A stretch of 32,000 nt of DNA, from contig NC_014148.1 of NCBI RefSeq assembly GCF_000092105.1, positions 1,830,001-1,862,000 on the forward strand. The letters run 5' to 3'. This stretch comes from Planctopirus limnophila DSM 3776. Its GTDB lineage: Bacteria; Planctomycetota; Planctomycetia; Planctomycetales; Planctomycetaceae. The first letter of the stretch is position 1. Each line of letters starts with the position of its first letter. The position numbers and the translations under genes are program-made. Positions 19,844-26,138 of this stretch are shown here, piece after piece. The notes below the pieces were generated by a model. It was not told the DNA's origin and did not search any database. It was given only the letters and a program-made list of their open reading frames with translations.

Positions 19844-21259
19844 TCCTCAGCGGGGCCGCGCTTGGTTAGCGCGGAAGACGCCATGGATCAGAGCTTCAGC
19901 CAAGAATGTTCAATCGCTTCAATGGGGCCGCGCTTGGTTAGCGCGGAAGACTTCCCGATCCGCAACCCGCCAGCGCCAAGAGGAAGAGGCTTCAATGGGG
20001 CCGCGCTTGGTTAGCGCGGAAGACACGACCGTAGCAATCGCAACGCATGACAATGCAAAGCTTCAATGGGGCCGCGCTTGGTTAGCGCGGAAGACTCGAT
20101 CAATGCGGCGTAAACGACATCTCCTTGCCGCGCTTCAATGGGGCCGCGCTTGGTTAGCGCGGAAGACGTTGTCGATCTCATACACTTCCACCAGCGAGAA
20201 TGGCGGCTTCAATGGGGCCGCGCTTGGTTAGCGCGGAAGACCGCGCGATCCGGCAGAGGAATCCATGTTTTTCAGAGAGTGCTTCAATGGGGCCGCGCTT
20301 GGTTAGCGCGGAAGACTGCCCTGTCGGGCCGAATATCCAGCCGAATGGGGTGCTTCAATGGGGCCGCGCTTGGTTAGCGCGGAAGACCGGAGGTTTGATG
20401 CTGCGGCAATCCATTTTAGTTCAGTGCTTCAATGGGGCCGCGCTTGGTTAGCGCGGAAGACACCGCTTTGATCGAAGCGCCTGTGGCTGTCACATCTGCG
20501 CTTCAATGGGGCCGCGCTTGGTTAGCGCGGAAGACTTTGCAAACTATCTGTCATGTGTGAAGACCAGATTTTGCTTCAATGGGGCCGCGCTTGGTTAGCG
20601 CGGAAGACCTGTCGTTCTGCAGAAACTGATGAGGCATGCCGACATGCTTCAATGGGGCCGCGCTTGGTTAGCGCGGAAGACGTCATGCTTCCACAGCTTA
20701 CGGATGCCCTGCTGACGCTTCAATGGGGCCGCGCTTGGTTAGCGCGGAAGACGTTGCTGCGGTTCCGGTTGCGGTGCGGGCAGCCACCGCTTCAATGGGG
20801 CCGCGCTTGGTTAGCGCGGAAGACGCAGTTCTCAACGTGATTGCAGCATCTGTCCAATTACGCTTCAATGGGGCCGCGCTTGGTTAGCGCGGAAGACCCT
20901 ATTTGCTGGCTATGCTTCAAGCTGTAGAAACTATGCTTCAATGGGGCCGCGCTTGGTTAGCGCGGAAGACACTCTCGGTCGACGCCGCTTAGGTCAGGAG
21001 TCACCAGGCTTCAATGGGGCCGCGCTTGGTTAGCGCGGAAGACCCGGCCCGACAATCGCACCGCTGGCGTCGATTGTTAGCTTCAATGGGGCCGCGCTTG
21101 GTTAGCGCGGAAGACATCAACAGCCAAAAATCATCATCTCTAGTCTTTACGAGCTTCAATGGGGCCGCGCTTGGTTAGCGCGGAAGACACGATCACGAAT
21201 TCACCATCTACATCAGCAATCTCGCTTCAATGGGGCCGCGCTTGGTTAGCGCGGAAGAC
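19844..21259 (-). CRISPR. CRISPR array with 20 repeats and 19 spacers
   Basis: The 36-nt repeat on the plus strand is GCTTCAATGGGGCCGCGCTTGGTTAGCGCGGAAGAC. By my reading there are 19 identical copies, starting at 19916, 19989, 20060, 20132, 20206, 20281, 20352, 20426, 20500, 20573, 20646, 20717, 20789, 20862, 20935, 21008, 21080, 21153 and 21224. One degenerate copy at 19844-19879 has TCCTCAGC as its first 8 nt instead of GCTTCAAT. Spacers are 35-39 nt and all different. On the minus strand the repeat reads GTCTT-CCGCGCT-AACCA-AGCGCGG-CCCCATTGAAGC: a 7-bp hairpin followed by an ATTGAAGC 3' end. The cas genes are on the minus strand and the degenerate repeat is at the far end, so I infer minus-strand transcription. 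Confidence 0.97.
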
Positions 21260-21637
21260 CGCCCGTGTTCCAAGTCGCGGAGAGTAAAGACTTTAAGAGG
21301 CCTGTTTCGAGAGGTAGCATTTCTAGAGAACTTAAAATGTCCGTTATGATGTGATTGATTTTATAACTCCTTATACCAGAGCCGGTTAACTGTTGCGAGC
21401 GATTCCGGGGTTTTTCGTGGCACTGAACCTCTCGATTCAGAGATTGTGAAAAAAACTTGGGGAAATCAGAGAAAGGTCATCTCGCGTTTGCAGAGCATTC
21501 ATGGGTATGCGCGTGAAATTGTCGCCGGATGTTTGGAAAAAGATCGTTTCAACGTATCCGCGTTTTGTATCAGAATGAACCAGCTTCGAAAACAGAATTA
21601 TATTCTTGTTCCAGAAAAACATTTACTAAATCAAACG
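21260..21637 (-). promoter_or_regulatory. Putative CRISPR leader
   Basis: 378-bp non-coding gap between the cas2 stop (21638) and the newest-end repeat (21259). It contains an AT-rich stretch (about 21290-21400) directly adjoining the first repeat. The leader role is inferred from position only. Confidence 0.6.
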
Positions 21638-21967
21638 CTAAATCACAAAGGCCTTTCGTTCGGGAATTTCGGTTCTTGGATTGCCCCAGAACTCGACGCA
21701 ATCGTCGCCGCGAGCGCCTGCCGGTCCAAGATCGACCACCATCACTCGATCTTCCACAAGATTGAGGATTTCCCACAAACCCTCTTTCAGCGACATCAGC
21801 TGAAGCTTTGAAAGTTCGCATCGAAAAACAGAGTATTGCAATGAAGTGCCAAATCCGCAGAGTTTACGATGAGTTAAACGTAATCTCTTGGCATCGGAAA
21901 CATCGTACGAAATCAAATAGACATTTTTCATTGGTGTTCTCTCTGAGAAGCCAGTCAAGCGGATCAT
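21638..21967 (-). CDS. cas2: CRISPR-associated endoribonuclease Cas2
   Basis: ...MKNVYLISYDVSDAKRLRLTHRKLCGFGTSLQYSVFRCELSKLQLMSLKEGLWEILNLVEDRVMVVDLGP... is a typical Cas2 ferredoxin-fold pattern (YDV/I near the N-terminus, QxSVF). The ATG at 21967 overlaps the cas4-cas1 stop by 1 nt (TAATG). The true start could instead be the internal MKNVYL 12 codons later. Confidence 0.9.
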   Translation of the reverse strand: MIRLTGFSERTPMKNVYLISYDVSDAKRLRLTHRKLCGFGTSLQYSVFRCELSKLQLMSLKEGLWEILNLVEDRVMVVDLGPAGARGDDCVEFWGNPRTEIPERKAFVI

Positions 21968-23811
21968 TAACGAGTGCAGAAGCCAGGATATTTATCGAGT
22001 TCGCCAAGTAGAACTCGGGAAAGTAAGCGAGCCTGGACTTCAAAAAGCCGGCGGTAGCTGATCTTGTAGCCGAAGATGGGGTGCGTAATCTCGGTTTCCA
22101 TCCGCCGCTCATAAGCGGCAATGACGGCTTTGCGACCTGTTTCTGTCAAAGCGACGCTTCCTGCACGACGGATAAAGCTTTTTGGGCTGACTTCCTCGTT
22201 GTTAATGAGCGTAAGCACTGTTGAGTCTCCCACGAGCGGACGGAACTCTTCGGCAAGATCAAGTGCTAAAGAAGGTCTGCCATAGCGAGGCTGGTGCAGA
22301 AATCCGAGGAATGGATCGAAGCCGACAGCTTGTGTCGTGATCGTCAACTCTTTGGTTAACAGCGAATAGACAAAAGATAGAAGCGCATTGACGGGATCGG
22401 TCGGAGGGCGGCGATTACGCCCTTCGAGATTGAACTCATCTCCACCTCTAAGCAATCTGGAAAATCCTGCAAAATAGGTCTTCGCAGCCATTCCCTCCAG
22501 GCCCATGAGAGAATTCAAATTATCGACCTGCTCGACTTTCTGAATGTAATCAGCAAGGCGGTCGAGATCGCTTCTATGCTTGTCGTCAGCGTGTCGCCTT
22601 AACAGTGTGCGTGAGTTTTTGATCTTTGCAGAAATGAAACCACGCGCTATCGACAGGGCGGCCTGAGGATCAAAAGCCGCCTTCGACTGGGCCATGCGCA
22701 ACTCGACGTTTTTGTGGCACATTCCCGAAGTGAGTGCCGTGAACCATCCGCCGTAGGAAAAGTAACTGATGGGGATATTGCGGTCCGCCAGTTCTCGAAT
22801 TGCAGCGGCTGTGACCTGCACATTCCCCATCAGGCAAACTTGTGAAACTTGAATGAGTGGAATGAACAGTGGAGAGGATTTCGCGGGAGTCAGTTTCAGA
22901 CGCTCGCCATCTTTGCCTATATAGGTTCCTTGATCCTGAACATAAATTGGCAGTGCATCGTCACGGGCGGGAACAAGTTTGCGGATACTTTCCGAGCTCT
23001 CTGGAGCCGAATCTTCCCTGGTGCTATTTCTAAGGCAATTGGTTTCATCGGGGAGGCAAATGCTGACAAGAGAACATTTCGGACATTTGGGGCTATCAAC
23101 AAGCGGGGCGGGAATCTGGCGTGTGGAGGCCATGTGCCGCATTTCGCGAACCAGTTCGCGCGTGCGGGCAATCAGGGTGTCGTCAAATTGAACACGAATC
23201 CGGCGTCGGGATTCGATGTAATACAATTCGCCATAGTCGCATTCGTAGCCATTGGCCTTCAGAATCAAGCCTTGAGCACAAAGTTGAACCCGTTCTGGTT
23301 CCCAAGCCTGGTGAGGAACATCGGGAACGTTCCCTCTTTTGTAGTCGATCGGGACTGCTTTCGAACCTTTCAGTTCAATCAGATCAAGTTTGGCCAGCAA
23401 TCCTTCAGAGGGTGCAGAGAGCATCAAAGCCCGAGCCGCCAAGCTGTCGGCTGTGATCTCCTGGATTGCAGAACCTTCACTGACATGGTGAGAAGATTCG
23501 TCTGGGTTTTCATCAGGAGCATCGAATGATTTTTTGGTGGGGATATCCACATTTCGATGTCCGAATGTCCCTTCTTTGGTCTCGATGTTGTCTCGAAACT
23601 CACCTTGCACCCATTCAAGGTAAGCCAGTCTGGGGCAGTAGGTGAATTCGTTGAGCATACGAGCGGGAATAAGATCATCAGCCGACTGTGACTGATTTTC
23701 TCCTTCCCCTGTGAAGAGCGCTTCGAGATCGAGAGAAGGTGGGCCGGGGACAGGGCTAATCATGATACGACGCCTACTGAAGAAGGAATCGTCCATGACG
23801 AACGCTAGCAA
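21967..23811 (-). CDS. cas4/cas1: Cas4-Cas1 fusion protein (RecB-like nuclease with a 4Fe-4S cluster, plus Cas1 integrase)
   Basis: The N-terminal Cas4 part has NEFTYCPRLAYLEW (first cluster Cys), the nuclease core KLDLIEL...PIDYKRG, and CPKCSLVSIC (C-x2-C-x5-C). The Cas1 part has LPIYVQDQGTYIGKDGERLKL, GLEGMAAKTYFAGF, NRRPPTDPVNALLSFVYSLL and GFLHQPRYGRPSLALDLAEEFRP. The ORF-track start at 23811 is a TTG. ATG candidates lie at 23796 and 23763. Confidence 0.92.
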   Translation of the reverse strand: MLAFVMDDSFFSRRRIMISPVPGPPSLDLEALFTGEGENQSQSADDLIPARMLNEFTYCPRLAYLEWVQGEFRDNIETKEGTFGHRNVDIPTKKSFDAPDENPDESSHHVSEGSAIQEITADSLAARALMLSAPSEGLLAKLDLIELKGSKAVPIDYKRGNVPDVPHQAWEPERVQLCAQGLILKANGYECDYGELYYIESRRRIRVQFDDTLIARTRELVREMRHMASTRQIPAPLVDSPKCPKCSLVSICLPDETNCLRNSTREDSAPESSESIRKLVPARDDALPIYVQDQGTYIGKDGERLKLTPAKSSPLFIPLIQVSQVCLMGNVQVTAAAIRELADRNIPISYFSYGGWFTALTSGMCHKNVELRMAQSKAAFDPQAALSIARGFISAKIKNSRTLLRRHADDKHRSDLDRLADYIQKVEQVDNLNSLMGLEGMAAKTYFAGFSRLLRGGDEFNLEGRNRRPPTDPVNALLSFVYSLLTKELTITTQAVGFDPFLGFLHQPRYGRPSLALDLAEEFRPLVGDSTVLTLINNEEVSPKSFIRRAGSVALTETGRKAVIAAYERRMETEITHPIFGYKISYRRLFEVQARLLSRVLLGELDKYPGFCTR

Positions 23812-24063
23812 CCGCCGAAAGCCGGGCGGCCCCCGAACTTCAACCAGATTATCAAAGAGCAGATGTTGCCCTGGACTACTGGCGAAAAATCAGTAGGTAC
23901 AGTATGGGCAGTCAGTAACCAGCGTTGTAAAGATCAGAAAGTGAAAAATCAATAAACTTTTCTCAGACCGTCAACTTTATGTGTGGTTGGTGGAAATGAA
24001 TTCAGTATTAAGATCGCTAAATGTTTTTGGTTTAGGCTCCTCTGTCGCTGGTCACTACAAGAT

Positions 24064-25047
24064 TCAGTGCAGTGATCTCGCGGAGACTTGTGAGGCTTTG
24101 ACAAAGCTCTCGCCTCTACTGGATATTGCCCGCGCTATGGCCTGCTGCACACTCATGGGATTGATCGAAAAGACTTTCAAAGCTTGAGTGTCTTGAACCA
24201 CAGTAGGGTTCTTCAATCCTTCAATGAGATGGCGACCAACTTCGTAGGTGGCCGGGGTGACGAGGGCGAGCCAGAGACCGGAAAGATAAGGCGTCAAGAT
24301 TGGCACAAAGATCAGCCATCGATGCAGGCCTTGTTGCCGGGCGTACTCGCGGATCAAGTCGCCATAAGTAACAATATCGGGACTGCCAATCTCGAAGATG
24401 CGGCTATCGCCTGTTGGCAAGTCTTTCGCGGCGGAAAGATAAGCCAGTACGTCGTCAATCGCGATGGGTTGAGTGGGAGTGGCCAGCCAGCGAGGGCAGA
24501 TCATGACAGGGAGTCGATCTGTTAACGATTTCATCAACTGGAAGGACAGACTCCCCGCTCCGATGACCATCCCGGCTCGAAATTCAATCGTTTCGATACC
24601 CGACGCCTGTAAGATCTCGCCCACCTCGTGACGACTCCGCAGGTGCGGAGAGAGTTTGTGGTCGTTGTCGTCACCGAGCCCGCCAAGATAGATAATTCGC
24701 TTGACGCCGGTTCGCCTGGCAGCGTCCGCGAAGTTTTGAGCTGCCTGGCGGTCTAGCTGCTCGAAGTTAGCCGATCCCGACATGAGATGTACGAGATAGT
24801 AAGCTGTGTGAACGCCTTCAAGGGCTGCATCTAAAGAAGCGGGATTCAGGACATCGCCTGGAACAATCTCAGTCGTATGCTTGATGAGAGGTCGTAATTT
24901 GGCTGGGTTGCGTGCCAGACACCTCAGAGTTAAGGGTTGTGCCTCAAGCAGCGGGAGCAGTCGCCCGCCGACATACCCAGACGCTCCCGTCAGCAGAACG
25001 GTATTCTCAGAAACGACTTGAGGCTTGTTGACTTCGGTGGACGGCAT
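24064..25047 (-). CDS. NAD(P)H-binding atypical SDR / NmrA-like family oxidoreductase
   Basis: 327 aa with an ATG start. Rossmann motif VLLTGASGYVGGRLL near the N-terminus, then ...AYYLVH...RIIYLGGLG..., as in NDUFA9-like atypical SDRs. Confidence 0.8.
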   Translation of the reverse strand: MPSTEVNKPQVVSENTVLLTGASGYVGGRLLPLLEAQPLTLRCLARNPAKLRPLIKHTTEIVPGDVLNPASLDAALEGVHTAYYLVHLMSGSANFEQLDRQAAQNFADAARRTGVKRIIYLGGLGDDNDHKLSPHLRSRHEVGEILQASGIETIEFRAGMVIGAGSLSFQLMKSLTDRLPVMICPRWLATPTQPIAIDDVLAYLSAAKDLPTGDSRIFEIGSPDIVTYGDLIREYARQQGLHRWLIFVPILTPYLSGLWLALVTPATYEVGRHLIEGLKNPTVVQDTQALKVFSINPMSVQQAIARAISSRGESFVKASQVSARSLH

Positions 25048-25161
25048 GAGTGGCTGTTAAATTCTCAGTTGGGCAACGGTTCACATAATGCCTATCATTC
25101 ACAATTCCAGTTTACCATTTTAAGGGCTGAGAAAAATACTCGGCGGCAGGATGTTGAAAAA

Positions 25162-25797
25162 ATGCGAATGTTGTACCTTCACAAACCGAGTGCAGATATT
25201 CTGGCTCGGTTCGTGGAGCAACAGAGGAAGCTGGATTTCAATTATTCTGCTGTAGGAGCCACTGCTTTGACGCCGCCCTCCGGGTATACAGTTGACGGCA
25301 CTCGGATTGAACTGGGAACCGGGGAAGAGGTTTTTGACGCCGCAAAGCTTGCACTTCTGAACTGGCAGCAATTTCGACTGGGCTGGGTGGATGTGTGGTC
25401 GGCAGAAACTCCACTCGAAATCGGTCAAGTTGTGGCCATTATGGGGCAGGCGGTAGGGCTGTGGTGGCTGAACGCCTGTCGAATTGTTTACACCATCGAT
25501 GAGTCTGGCCCGATCAGTCGTTTCGGCTTTGCCTATGGAACGCTGCCAGGCCATGTAGAAAGTGGCGAAGAGCGTTTTCTGATTGAGTGGGATCAAGATA
25601 CTGACCGGGTGACTTACGAGATTCTGGCGTTCTCAAAGCCGAATCACATCCTGACTCGGCTCGGCTATCCGCTGGTACGACGTAGTCAGAAGCGCTTTGG
25701 TCGAGATTCCGCCGCATCGATGTTCCGGGCGGTCAACGAAGCGCAGATAGTGCCCAAAGTGTATCAACACACAGGACTCATGAGTCAGGCTTCTTGA
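25162..25797 (+). CDS. DUF1990 (UPF0548) family protein
   Basis: From ATG 25162: ...FNYSAVGAT...PSGYTVD..R.ELGTGEEVFDAAKLALLNWQ...RFGFAYGTLPGHVESGEERFLIEWD...VTYEILAFSKP... matches the DUF1990 pattern. The longer ORF-track start (24937) would overlap the divergent SDR gene, so I discount it. Confidence 0.8.
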   Translation: MRMLYLHKPSADILARFVEQQRKLDFNYSAVGATALTPPSGYTVDGTRIELGTGEEVFDAAKLALLNWQQFRLGWVDVWSAETPLEIGQVVAIMGQAVGLWWLNACRIVYTIDESGPISRFGFAYGTLPGHVESGEERFLIEWDQDTDRVTYEILAFSKPNHILTRLGYPLVRRSQKRFGRDSAASMFRAVNEAQIVPKVYQHTGLMSQAS

Positions 25798-25922
25798 CGC
25801 ATGTCGATACCCCACTGGCTGGAGCAGACCAGCGGGGCAATGAAACGGTCGCTGGTGGGACGTTTGTCAGGAACACCTTCAAAAAGGTGGTTTCACTGCA
25901 GCAGTCCTAGAAGTTTCGGACC

Positions 25923-25980
25923 GCAGGGTGGCCCCGGTTGAAAGTCTGATTTCTACCGGGGTGGCTTCACCACAGGAGGG
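25923..25980. repeat. Direct repeat, copy A (upstream of the toxin-like gene)
   Basis: GCAGGGTGGCCCCGGTTGAAAGTCTGATTTCTACCGGGGTGGCTTCACCACAGGAGGG matches 29921-29977 with only 3-4 mismatches. It contains an internal inverted repeat CCCCGGT (16-nt loop) ACCGGGG. Confidence 0.85.
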
Positions 25981-26138
25981 CATTGGCAGAACCTTATCTC
26001 AGGCAGAGTTCTTTCTGAGATCCTCAGAAACTCACATGGCAGTTCTTTCGGCAGCAAGACCTCCACTGCCTGCGGCACACAGGTAGCCCGCCGACGGCCA
26101 AACTGTATCAGAATGCGATCTTCAATCCCGAGACCGGG

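Noticed and set aside
19809-20840. Four ORF-track ORFs (19809-20231, 20138-20377, 20200-20451, 20553-20840) with a recurring LQWGRAWLARKT / MGPRLVSAED peptide.
   Set aside because: They are translations of the CRISPR repeat read through spacers. The periodic identical peptide is the 36-nt repeat, not a protein repeat.
21437-21811. ORFs 21446-21811(+), 21529-21765(+) and 21437-21622(-) in the CRISPR leader and antisense to cas2.
   Set aside because: They overlap the well-supported cas2 gene or the AT-rich leader. They have no start-site context or recognisable motifs and are most likely spurious.
25811-25843. ACCCCACTGGCTGGAGCAGACC resembles the tRNA-Arg 3' end (ACCCCAGTGGAGTCGAACC), which could be an att-site remnant.
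   Set aside because: The match needs gaps and is short. The segment also forms its own hairpin (CCCCACTGG ... CCAGCGGGG), which explains the sequence without invoking a tRNA fragment.
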